A stretch of 64,000 nucleotides of DNA from Eledone cirrhosa (Eukaryota), in assembly GCA_964016885.1 (NCBI GenBank), contig OZ024741.1, positions 237,150,001-237,214,000 on the forward strand, read 5' to 3'. Under the pieces are notes generated by a model. It was given only the letters and a program-made list of their open reading frames with translations, had not been told where the DNA came from and did no database searches. The position numbers and the translations under genes are program-made. Below, piece after piece: positions 1 through 11,846 of the stretch (positions within the stretch are counted from its first letter, which is position 1; every line of letters begins with the position of its first letter).

Positions 1-299
1 CAAAGATTTTTGTTTTAAAGTGCTTATATTTATCTAAAAACCCTCTATTCTAATTCTATATAAGAACCTTTAAGTTATATTCTAAATACCAGTTTAATAA
101 TGTGGTGATATTACAAAGTCTTCCAAATTCTTGATGACTTTCAGAATTATCTGAACAAGTCAGTGTGATTTGAAAAAAAATATCCACTATGAGATTTAAC
201 AGGTGTCCTTTATTTTTGAAGCACATATACACAGTTCAAGACAAAATATAAAAAAGAAAAAAAAATACAGTTCAAGTTAACTTCTGATGAGTGAAGTTT

Positions 300-641
300 A
301 GAAATTTGCTTGCCAAGGACATGACAACCTTCATAGTGTTGGTGACATACACAATAAACACACCCAGTACATGCTGTAAAGTGGTTGGTAATAGGAAGCA
401 CATCCAGCTGTAGAAAGTTTGCCAAATAAAGGGTTGGGAGGACCCTTAGTTGTGTCAAAGACATAACAACCTCCCCTGTGCACTCTGTAGAACGTGAAAC
501 TGTACATAAGCGAGATGCAGATCCTTGGCATGTCTGGGAGATCAGCAGCCCTGTTTTAGTACTGACTTGGTCTACATTGACCCGTGCAACACTTGCTAGC
601 AGAGAAAGTGGATGTTAAAACAACAACAGCGATGATGATGA
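300..641 (+). mobile_element. Non-autonomous repeat related to the RTE 3' UTR
   Basis: Contains the GGTTGGTAATAGGAAGCACATCCAGCTGTAGAAA motif shared with RTE tails in this window and ends GGATGTTAAAA...(GAT)n. Similar copies lie near 7.8-8.2, 14.2-14.5, 15.7-15.9, 21.5-22.0, 25.2-25.5, 33.6-33.9 and 35.4-35.7 kb. Confidence 0.65.
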
Positions 642-799
642 TTGCATGGTGGGAGCAAGGGCTGTCTAATGTTTTAGTGGTAGTGGTGGGGGTCTCTTGC
701 TATACCTGAGAAAAACATGGAATTTTTCAACTCTGTAATATAGACATTGCTTGTGTGTGAATGTATGTTCAATGACAACTAAATGTCACTGTATATAAT

Positions 800-1030
800 A
801 GGTATGGCCATGTGATGCACATGGAAAATGACTGCTAGGTGAAGAAGTGCCAAGAAATCCCAGTGGAAGGAAGCATGAAAAACATGGACGGAGGTGGTGA
901 GAGCTGACCTCAGATTGCTGAAGCTCAAAGAGAAGATTGACGAGGGACCGTGATGAATGGAGAGATGCTGTGCTGAAGATGACCCATCCTACCCTTGTAA
1001 GCAGAGAAAAGCAGACCTAAAATGATGATG
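800..1030 (+). mobile_element. Degenerate RTE LINE 3' end
   Basis: Encodes decayed YGHVMHM...KKC...KTW.EVV..DL, homologous to the C-terminus of the ORF at 51261-53245; ends in (ATG)n. Confidence 0.7.
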
Positions 1031-2267
1031 TATATTTGTATTTGTGAATTTGCATATACTTTTGCTAGCAGGGAAAGCGGAGTTAAACGATAATGATTAT
1101 GTTGATATATGTCTGTGTGTACAAAGAATGTATGTTTGTTATAAGGCAATTCAAGTGTTCAATATAAATGTTATTGAAGGAGAGAGTGTGTAAAGTCTAT
1201 TATTTTATGTAGGCTTATATAAATATGTAATCTAAACAAAAATACACTGACGTATTTATTCTGCTTGAGGGGGGCAAATACTGAACAGTTACTCTCGCCA
1301 TCGAAAATGCAATGAGCTGGTGACTAGCTCGTTGGAACAACCAACAACGTTATCATTCACAAAATGCTCTTGTGTATATACAACAGGAAAAGAAATGGGG
1401 ACACCATCAACTAGAGAAGAGGCACATTGTTGATATGGACCCAATTATAGTAGTACATCTGCGAAAGAAGATAGGTATTCAACAATCACAACGCTGCACC
1501 TACAGCAACATTAGGAGATAATAGTTCGAGTACTCTCTGGTCTTGAATAATGAATAATGCCCCCCACCTGCGCATATTAAATTTCGCTAATCTATCTCTG
1601 TTTATTTTAAGTGGTAACATTCCTGTGACGATTTTCTTTAGACATTAAAAAACATTATACATAACAAATAAATAGGATGGGTTGGGGGTCTCAATATGTA
1701 AACTAAACGACTAATTCCTGTTTAAAAAAAATTATCGATTTTCCAACTCCCACCCCTCGTTATTTTGGAGCAACCGCTGAAACAAGCAAAGGGAGATAAT
1801 AAAGCTATTTTTTCCCATGCATGTCTCTCAAAGATTATCGATATCCTTATGAATCTGTCTTTTTTTAATATATATATTGAACTGTGGCCATGCTAAGGTG
1901 CTGGCTCTAACACCCTCAGTACTCTATTGTTGCTTACTGTATCAACCTAGAAAGAATTAACTTTGATTTAATGCATTAATTACGTGCTCATAATGTGTGT
2001 ACGAATATACATATATATTGTACCTTGTCAACGCAGTTTTGCACATTAGGGTGCTACTGCGCTTGTAATATCAGTTGGCATAACAGAGCAGAGCCCGCTA
2101 TGTTGATGTGATGCATGTGAGACAATAACAAAATAAAGAATAGGAAAAATTTCCCAAAGGGGATACATATGTGAAGATTTACAACTAGAATTGAATGGAC
2201 AACAGATTGTGCATGTTAATGCCCTTCCTGTCACCAACTACTTTACTGGGAGTACTGTATGTCAGTT

Positions 2268-2460
2268 AATTAATTATTTCTACTTTTGGCACAAGGCCAG
2301 CAATTATTCCAGTGCATTACTGGTATTTTATTTTATCGACCCCATAAGGGTGAAAGGGAAAGTTAACCTCGGTGGGATTTGAATTGAGACCACAAAGGGC
2401 CGTAACTCTTTGCTGCAAAGCATGGCGTCCGACCCTCTACCGATACTGCCAATTCACCCC
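2268..2460 (-). mobile_element. SINE family B (tRNA-like head, conserved central CCTTTCATCCTT..GGGTCGATAAAATAAAGTACCAG domain)
   Basis: Close match to copies at 19955, 61361 and 63671. Minus strand has an A-box-like TGGCAGTATCGG and a B-box-like TCAATTCAAATCC. Confidence 0.8.
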
Positions 2461-4182
2461 CATGAAGATTTGGTTGGGATTTACTAAAATTATTAATTAA
2501 TTCAAGATAGTGTTTCTAACTCAGTGTTCTTAAATCAAATTATGTTGAAAGATTTCAATTTAAATAATAATAATAATAATGAAAATTATTGTGTACAGTG
2601 CTCAGGTGCACTACAACTCATCAAAGGTTCATGTATAGTACATAGAATAATGTACAAAGTGTGTGTGTATGACCATACTCGTTAAGTAGTATTGAGATGT
2701 TTCCTTTTAAAGGTTTATAGTGTTTTATCTTTGTAACAAGTAACATATTTTTATATTGATGAAAGATGGATAGTTTGTTTCATAGAACCAGAGCTGGTGA
2801 TGGACAGGTTAGTATCACTAGGTTTAATGTATTAAGTTTTTTAGACCTATTGGGTTTGGCAGATCCAAGTTTTAATGTCTCATTCTCTGTCACAGTCATG
2901 GGCAAACTGTAGCCCATTTGGCTTTCTGAATGGCATGCCTAATTTCAAAATTGTCTTGAATTTGTTACTAGTGTGGCTCGCTTTCTGGTGTTCCACATCC
3001 TATGCAGCCCACTGTTTGATAAAAGGTTGCCCATGACTGCTCTATCCCATAACCTGGGAATTCTATTTGTCTTTTACCAGATTTGGTTATCTTTATATTG
3101 ATGTGCATGCCTATAGACCCTGCTACTTTAATCATTTTGATACCTGCCTAAACCCAACTCTGTTTCTGTGATATAACGCTGCTTATATTAAAGTGTTTAT
3201 ATTCATCTAAAAAACTTCCATCATAATTTGAGGTAAGAACTGATTAAATTAATCTTTAAACACCAGGTTAACAATGAGAAAGTTATATTGTTAAATCCTT
3301 TCAAATTCTTGATTATTTTCAAAATTATTTGAAAATCATAAGGAGTGTCTTTCATAAGAATTACGGTAACAAAAGAGTTGAGGAATATATTTATTCTGGA
3401 TTCTTCTTCAAAGAAACCTGCAATTATAATATCATCAATGTATTATGTAAATCTCACAAGGCTTTGTATTATCTATACTATTATTTAAATTCGATTTGTT
3501 GAATGAAATCATCTACTACATACATGCAGGTGCAGGCATGGATGTGTCTTGGGTTGATCAATGCCTTGTGAGTGAAATATACACACAAATATGATTTGTT
3601 TGAAATTTCATCTATCCTGTTATTGATGCATCTATTTGGATAGACATCTAGTTGTGTGTATATGGTTATAATTTTAGAATAATCAATTATAAGATGACAC
3701 TGTTAGTAGTCCCGGAAAGTAGTAATGCTAAAATGCTAAAATGCTCTTAAATCACTCTGTAAAATGGTAGTGATGTTGCCATCATAAAATCACATAGATG
3801 ACTGAAAAGTGTTAGCACTGGTGCAATTATAAAAGTCATCCAAACCACTCTATAAAGTTGTAATGCTTGTACCACAATAAAATACACCTAGTCCATCTGT
3901 AACGTGGTGGTGAAGGTGCCATGGTATAATGCACCCAGTCCACTCTGTAAAGTGGTTATTACCACAAATTCCATCCATCCTCAATATAATGTGGTAGTGC
4001 ATTTGCCACCATAAAATGCATCCAGTCTTCTCTGTAAAGAGGTTAGCATGAGGAAAGGATCCCAGCCATAGAAACCAATCCAAAATAGAATGCATGAGTA
4101 AGATCTGGTCACCTGAGCTGTCTTGTGTCAGACCATGACAACCCATACCAAAATGAACATAAAACAGGGATGCTGATGTTTG

Positions 4183-4333
4183 TAAGAGTGTTGGACGCCA
4201 TGCATAGAGTTACGACTCTTGCCATTCTGGGTTCAAATCCCGCCTTTCATCCTTACGGGGTCGATAAAATAAAGTACCAGTAATATACTACTGGGTAATT
4301 GCTGGCCTTGTGCCAAAAGTAGAAACAATTATT
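4183..4333 (+). mobile_element. SINE family B, partial
   Basis: GGGTTCAAATCCC B box, GCCTTTCATCCTTACGGGGTCGATAAAATAAAGTACCAG domain and GGCCTTGTGCCAAAAGTAGAAACAATT tail. Confidence 0.75.
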
Positions 4334-4529
4334 TACAACAAATTATTGATCATGCCTGGAAATTCACCTCTTAAATGACAATTTTTCAATTTTACATATT
4401 GATAAGATGAATTGCTGGAGCTGATGTAAAAATTGCACCAACTTCAGCACTCAGTCATCAGAAAAAGAGAGGTAGGTGTAAAAGCCAAAATTTCTATTTT
4501 CTGTCTAGTATGGATGAAACAAATTGCTG

Positions 4530-4935
4530 AGAGATTTTAATTCTTGAATACTGTTACTGCTGACTACTTTGTGTACTTGTTACATATGAAATTTATCTTC
4601 TCTATCAGCCCATCTGTGATCCTGCTACATCTCTTGTGCATCCACTGGAGATTGTACTTTCTCCTTATTGGCATATTTCGCATGGCCATTTACCCGATGG
4701 AGTCAGAGTCCTGTCCTTTTATCTACTTATTAAAACTTTAGTCTTTACTAGGCATACTTTAAAGTCCTTTGATTCCAGATTTTGTTTTCATGTCGGGAAC
4801 CTCTGCTCTAGTTTGTCTAGTTTCTGCTATGAGAACTAAATCTTCAGCATACAGGAGTTCTTGTGGTTATTGTAGATATCCATTCTTGAATTCCTCTGTT
4901 ATGGCCTGGGGGACTATAATTAACAGGAGAGGGTT
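4530..4935 (-). mobile_element. Degenerate RTE RT/PHD-region fragment
   Basis: Minus strand reads AITEEFKNG...QELLYAEDLVLIA and WMHKRCSRITDGL, homologous to the 51-56 kb RTE. Confidence 0.7.
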
Positions 4936-5659
4936 GTTTAAGTATTTTTTTGCTATCTGTATACAGGGCCGAATTATCACTGGCAATAAATTATGAATGT
5001 TACTTTTTATTCAGTTGCATAATTCTCTACAGTTGTTTTCGTACTTCATTTTATTTCTCAATTGAAATTACACAATTCCTATGAGTTTATATGTTCATGT
5101 TGCATAAAATCTTAGACTGAACTGTTATTTAAGAAGTTCATCAGGATATTACAGCCTTAAAACTAACGTAAAACTGGATAAAGAATACAATATAGATAAT
5201 ATAGCTGGAGCATAATACTTAAAAACCCAAAGAGAAAAAATTAGAAAAGAGATGGGGAAATCTGCATTACAGACAAGGATGAGGCAATTTATAGGAGGGG
5301 CTGTATCTTTAGTTTAATAGTGTTAGGTGAGTAGAGAGAAATAATTTATAACTAGATAGTTTTAGTAACATTTTGATTGATTACTTAACTCACTCCATGC
5401 AAAAATGAGTATTTTAATATTAGTTTGTACCTCTCCACCCATTGTCCTCAAGCTAGGAGGGAGACACTGACCAACCCACCCCCTACTTTTCAATGTGTAC
5501 CCCAGGATTTAGAAAAATAATGGTGATGTGCTTATTCCAAAAACTCTGCCTTAGAATTATTGTGAATTATAAGTGCCTATCCAGATTATTCCAAAGTCTC
5601 CCGAGCATCAAAGCCTGGTCATTGGCTTGCATTAGTTATGCTTGAAAATCTACATTAAC

Positions 5660-7800
5660 ATTATTATTATTATTTTTTTTTTATGTACATCAATACAACC
5701 AGTGCTTGCCTGAGAATCTACTATACTATGGGTATGAGGTTAGAATGACTCTACCTGCTTCATGTAGAGTACACTGTGCAGGTTTCCTTGAGAGGAAGAG
5801 TATCTCAGTTTTTGCAGCACTGATTTTAATTTTAGCCATGCAGCACTTGGCATCAGACCCATCAAGTGCAAATCGGAGATCATCTCTGTTGAGTTAAGTA
5901 ACACCATGACTTCTGCAAATTCCAGCTGACTGATTTTACACTCTGCCAGTTGTGATATCACTTCCAACCTAGCTATGCATGTCAATCCTATTCATGAAAA
6001 TAATGAACAGGAGAGGTGAGTGTCCACAGCCTTGGCAGAGTCCAACTCCTACATTAAATGGTTTTGATTTAGCACCAGTTATCCGAACACAAATACTCAG
6101 GCATTTGTATAGAGACATCAGGGCAGCATGAAGCTGGCAATCGATCTCATGCTTCTGCACAATCTTCCATAGCAGGTCCCGAGGAACATGGTCATATGCC
6201 TTTTCAAGGTTTACAAAACAAGAATATAACACTTGGCAATACTCAAACAATTTCTCGAAGACCTGCTGCAGTGTGAATATTTGTTCAGCTATGCTGTGTC
6301 AGTGGCAAAAACCACACAGCTCATTAGCTAGCTTGGACTTCACAATCTCCTTGCATCCCTTTGTCAGACACCTAACATAGACTTTACCGAGGAGGCTTAA
6401 CAAGGAGATCCTTCTGTAATTAGAACAATCTGTGTTGTCTCCCTTGACAATTAGAACCTGGAATATCACTACCCTTACATGTAAGGAGCAAGAACTAGTG
6501 GAAGAGGCTAGATGCTACCAGCTAGATATAGTTGGGGTTTCCTCAACAAAGTCACATTAAATTACAGTAAATTTGGATGGAGGATGGAAACTCACTATTC
6601 AGGTGTGGCACCAGAAATGACTACACAGGCGGGAGTGTGGATACTCACAAGCCCCCCAGCAGTCAGAATGTGCTATGGACTGGATCCCATTAGGAAGGAG
6701 AATTTGCCTCTTGAAGTTTAGGTTGAAAGATAGGTCTCTGTAGGTAGTGCAAGTTTATGCACCAAACAAGGAGTCCAAATACAGTTCCTTCCTTGATGAA
6801 GTCACTGCAGCATTAGATGTAGTTAAGACTGTGTCATATATCCAAATGGGAGACTTCAATGCACAGTGCATTGATCACCTGACATGGATCACCTGATTGG
6901 AAAGAATGGCGACCCCGACCTAAATAGCAATGGACTCTCTATTATGAACACCTTCTTCCAGCAGAGAGACATCCATAAATATACATGATATAAGGGGAAT
7001 CAGGGACAGTGATCAATAATTTATATGGTTATTGTCTCTGATTTCTTTGATGTTGTGCTGGATGCTCGTGTTAAGAAGGGGGCTGAGCTGTCAACTGATT
7101 ACCATCTAGTTATCTGCAACTTGAGACTACCTAAAGCCAAAGAAGCCCACAAAACCAGCAGGTCCAGGGTGACATAGAGGATAAAGTGGGAAGCGTTGGT
7201 GGATAAGGAAATCAGGACCAGGTTTGCAGATACTATTGCATCCAAATTTAGAGAACTCCCTGAGCAAACTGAGACAGAATGGAGATTGTTCAGTTCAGTA
7301 GTTTCTGCTTCAGCTGTTCAATGCTGCAAGCGAAACTGGCTTGGTGTGGCATCAGATGGCAGGAGGACCCTTTGTTCAATCGAGAGGTCAAAGATGCCAT
7401 CCGAGCAAAGAAGGAGGCCTACACAGTTGGGCTTGGGAATAAGTCCTCCTTCTTGAACTTGTGGTACAAGCAGGCACAAAGAATCGCAGCAGAGACAGTA
7501 AAGGTGTCCAAAGCTAAAACACGGGCGGACTTTCGGGTTAAGCTGAAATCTGACGTCAGATCAGCAAATAAAGTGTTCTGGCAGACCGTCTACTGACTTC
7601 ATAATAAGAAATCTTCCTCCACAGCTGCTATCAGGAACGCATCTGGAGTTCTCTCTTCAGAGAAGTACATCATCGCAAGGTGGAGAGAATACTTTGCTGA
7701 TCTCCTAAACCCGATCGCAACAGCATCTTCTGATGTACACAAGGTGCATCTGGGAGTGGTGACTAATTTATCAGAGGTTGAGGTCACAAGAGCAGTGAAA
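5660..7800. mobile_element. RTE-clade LINE with inverted 5' part: RT on minus (5660-6445), AP endonuclease on plus (6446-7800)
   Basis: Minus strand: KGDNTDCSNYRRISLLSLLGKVY, CFVNLEKAYDHVPR, GLCQGCGHSPLLFIIFM. Plus strand: TIRTWNITTL, QVYAPN, MGDFNA, LSTDYHLV, RWREYFADLLN. Many stops and frameshifts. Confidence 0.85.
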
Positions 7801-8589
7801 ATATATCATCGTCGTTGTTTAATTTCATTTTTCCCTGCTAGCAAGTGTTGGATGGGTCTTTATAGACCACGTCAGTACTGATGTGGGCCTACTGACACCT
7901 CAGACAGGCCGGGGGGAGGGGTCTGTATCTCACATACCTATGGTCTTACATTCTATCAAGTGCGTAGGGGAGGTTATCATGTATTTGACACAACTGAAGG
8001 ATCCTCCCAACTCATTGTTTAACAAGTTTTTTTACCGCTGGGTGCCCTTCACACCGCCAACCACTCTACAGTGTTTACTGGGTGCGTTTATCGTGTAGGT
8101 CACTAACACTAGGGAGACTATCATGTCCTTGAAGGGTCCTCCCATCCCTTTGTTTGACAAGCTTTCTACGGTATCTTGGTTTTTTTTTTTAAGGGGGAGG
8201 GGCAGTAGCTGTCAACGAGTGTAAACAGAAGGAGAGTGTAGTGATCGTGGGGATAGCAGCAAGTCGGAGAGGCATTGGGTGAAGGACACACCACAATATT
8301 TATTTTTACTGAATACTAATTTGGAAGAAATATATTTCCTCTCAATAAATCATATCAAGATAAATAACAGCTAAAAAAAAATGGATGTGTATACTTTCTT
8401 TAACGAAATCTTGGGGACATTTCATTCGGTTAACACCGCTTCGCAAGTCATCTCCCTTAGTAATCTCCATCAGTCATTGTCAGTCTCTTGCATTAAACCT
8501 TGTTTTTCATCTCATCATTATCCTTATTTCTCAAACCCTACATATATATATCTACTCTACATCTATTTAGTATATAACACCAGTATACT

Positions 8590-8632
8590 ACTATATAAAT
8601 ACCGCCGCCATGTATATATAATATTGGTAAGT
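8590..8632 (+). promoter_or_regulatory. Candidate promoter or first non-coding exon end for the + strand zinc-finger gene
   Basis: TATATAAATA followed by CCGCCGCCATG (YY1/Kozak-like, opening a 3-codon uORF) and a strong donor TTG/GTAAGT (GT at 8627). No transcript evidence. Confidence 0.25.
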
Positions 8633-9364
8633 TCACTTATATACTTATTATTTCATAGATTTTATGTTGTAAACATTTTAAATAAATAAATAAAAATTCA
8701 GTTTCTTTACCATTGTTTATATAAATACAGCGTAAATTATATGAATGTTTAATGAAAGCAGATAGAAACGACCATATATAATGTCAACTTCGAATATTGG
8801 TGACTTGATTACATGTATATGTATGTTGTATAGACTAGAGATTGTTATTTAATCATCTTTTTATTCAAAGCAATATAACTCTTGGAAATCAAACGTTAAC
8901 TATTAAGATTGCAAACATAATATATACTCTGAAGTATTGAATATATTTGTTATAAGCCTTGTTTTTGATATACAAAATATAGGAATATATATAAATATAT
9001 TGTGTGTCTGTGCTAATTTTTAGTTTTACAAACGGGAGAAAATGTACTCAATATATTTTGTAGAGTCAATTTGTATGTTCAAATTGGTTTGCTATTCAGA
9101 GTTCCTCGGTCAATATGATCTTTCAGGCGACAACAAAAGGGATCTCGATCTTCTCGTGTTAAGGTCGCATACAGAGCAGCAACGAAGTAAATATCAAACA
9201 AATATATATAAATTTACATTTGGAATTAGATACGAGGGAAGAAAAGTACTCAATACTTTATATGGTAAAGTGCGTGATATATACGTATATATATATATCG
9301 ACTATCGTCAATTCGGACCGAGGAAACAATGTTTAGATTGGTCTTTCCTATTGCTAATACTATC

Positions 9365-9487
9365 TCCAGAAGGAGCAACGTGAAATAATGTGTCTTGCTC
9401 AAGGAGATAACGCATCACTCGGTTTGGGAATCGAACTCACAACCTCACGATTGTGATTCCAATTCTCTAACCACTCACCCACGCACC
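9365..9487 (-). mobile_element. CORE-like tRNA SINE, partial
   Basis: GGAGCAACGTGAAATAATGTGTCTTGCTCAAGG...GGAATCGAACTCACAACC is the reverse complement of a B box plus CORE-like domain, as in family A. Confidence 0.7.
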
Positions 9488-10443
9488 TTATATACAGAGA
9501 GAGAGACACACAGAGAGTTGGGGTAAGAACGATGGAAAAGTCCAATCAACTTATGTAGAAGTTGAGTATTTATATCAACAGTTTGACTTAAACTCCGTAC
9601 TACCAACGGTTTTCAGACGTGTTTTCATTTACTTCTTGTTTCAGTCATTAGACTGTGACCATACGAGGGCACCACCCTATGGGAATTTAGTCGATCATAT
9701 CGCTTCCAGTGCTTATTATTTTTCAAGTTTGGTTATTATCGATCTCTTTTTACTGAACCTCACAGATACAAACTTAATGATAAACACAAACATGCACACT
9801 TTCACTATATATATATATGTGTGTGTGTGTGTATACACGCACGACGGGCGTCTGCAGTTTTAGTCTTTTAAACTTCACCCCAAGTCATTGGTCAGTTCAA
9901 GACTATGGTAGCTATGGTAGAAGACACTAGCCTCACGTGCTACTCTGTGGGACTGAACACAACTATGTGTTTGCAATGGAAACTCTAATACACACATATT
10001 AAAGTCCGGATTTTTTGCTAGCAAAGGTTAGCCGGATCAAGACTTACATCTCAATACATTCCCAACTTGTGCATTTTATTGTAGCACCAGCAGGTTTTTT
10101 TACAGCTGGATGCCCTTTCCCTAGCCATATACACACATTACACACACACACACACATACATATATATGAGGCATGTGTGGGCATGCAAAAAAAAAGAGTA
10201 GAATTTTATCTGAAACTTCAAATTTTTTGTTACCTGTGTGTGTATTTGGGGACAAGAAAGACTGGGCACAGTGGTTTGTGTGAGGCCTGAGGGGTTGGTT
10301 ATAGCATAAGTGATGAGAGAAGGTAAAAAACAAATGAGTCAGTAATGCCTGAGGGAAAGTGGCATGATGTTAGCCAGCTCTGAGGAGCAGAGGTTGCCAT
10401 AGTAACAGCAGAAAAGAGAGATACTTGTAGACCAGAAGCAGGA

Positions 10444-10482
10444 GCTTTTGGCTAAGATCAAAGTGTTGTTGCTTAATATCTA
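10444..10482 (+). pseudogene. U2: U2 snRNA-derived fragment with internal deletion
   Basis: CTTTTGGCTAAGATCAAAGTGT matches the conserved U2 5' region. GCTTAATATCT (stem IIa region) follows, but the intervening branch-point-pairing segment and the 3' half are missing. Confidence 0.65.
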
Positions 10483-11106
10483 ACATTGTTTCCATATAGG
10501 TTCATTTGTATTAAACAGATTTTTAGGTCTAGGAGTTTTACCATGTGTTTGCCAAGTATTAAAATTAAATTTACAACTCATACCTATGCTGATTTAGCTA
10601 ACCTCCCATAAAGTTTCAACTTATAGGAGGTTTTTCATGAGTTTTAATAATATGGTCCCCAGTTCTATCCTGAAAGCAATGTTAAATGAAGCATCTTGTT
10701 CAAGAATATAATATACTGCCCAGTCCAGGAATCAAATCCATGGCTTTATTTATTATCACAAGTCCAACACCCTAACTACTAGACCACACACCTTCGCATG
10801 TTAAAATAGCTACCAGATCTTTCGGCAATATTAACTGAGGTAGACAGGTGGAGATTTATCTCTCATCTTCTCTGATGTATTTTTAGACAGAATATTAGAT
10901 ACCTGATAATGTGGGGAATATTATCTATGATAGACTGGACTGCTATCCAGGTAGAGATTTATTTCCTGTTTTTATTGTGTTTTTAAACAGAAGACAATAT
11001 TTTCCATTAAAAAACAAAAACTTATATAATTTTTTAAATGTTGGATTTCCCCTGGTTACTCCAATTATATATTGGAGAAGTTTTCACAGACATGAATCTA
11101 CATATT

Positions 11107-11131
11107 CTTTTTTTTTCTGTATGTTTGTAGG
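11107..11131 (+). promoter_or_regulatory. Candidate splice acceptor opening the long terminal exon of the + zinc-finger gene
   Basis: Polypyrimidine tract CTTTTTTTTTCTGTATGTTTGTAG/G, AG at 11129-11130. Confidence 0.4.
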
Positions 11132-11379
11132 ATCTTGGAGGGATGAGGAATGGCCAGGAAGTACAATGATCCAGTGAGTGTCAGTCAGCCTTCTGTCTTG
11201 AATGTGATGATGCCTGAATGATGACATTTTGTGACAAGGCATTATCACATGACTGAGGATATTTTACCAGAAAATACGACCTTGTTGCAAAGTAGTTATC
11301 ACTGTGTGATATAACATGATATATAATTGGATTGTGTCAGTTACAGAATTATCTCACAGGAGAATATCACTGGAATTTA

Positions 11380-11590
11380 TCATATATTAGCCCACACAAG
11401 GAGATTATATTAACTCACAAAAGGCTACTGTATTATAGTAACCTACAAAAGGATACCATAGTATATTAGTCCACAATACAACACACTACTATATTAACCC
11501 ACAATACGCCTCTCTACTATATTAGCCCTCAAGAGAATCCTGTGCTATATTAACCCACAATACAATACTGTACTATATTAGCCCAAAAGA
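11380..11590 (+). repeat. About 28-bp minisatellite upstream of the zinc-finger CDS
   Basis: TATATTA(G/A)(C/T)CC recurs at 11462, 11490, 11518, 11546 and 11574. Confidence 0.8.
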
Positions 11591-11611
11591 AGAGTTTTTT
11601 ATTTGATTTTC

Positions 11612-11810
11612 TGTGTGGTGTTTACTAGAGGTGTAGTAAAGGTGTTGTGTGTAATAGAGGTTTGTGGTGTATAGTGAAGGTGTGTGATGTGTAACAGAAG
11701 TGTATGGTGTGTAATAGAGGTGTATTGTGTGTAATAGAGGTGTGTAGTGTATACTAGAGGTGTGTGGTGTGTACTAGAGGTGTGTTGTTATCTGATAGAA
11801 GAGGGTGTGC
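11612..11810 (+). repeat. 20-bp minisatellite, consensus TGTGTGGTGTGTAATAGAGG
   Basis: 20-bp periodicity is visible at 11701-11780, with about 9 units in total. Confidence 0.85.
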
Positions 11811-11846
11811 TGTGTCTGGTAGAAAAGCCCTCTTCAAAATCTCAAG

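Noticed and set aside
284-310. CTGATGA...GAAA hammerhead candidate
   Set aside because: No stem II pairing and no stem I or III.
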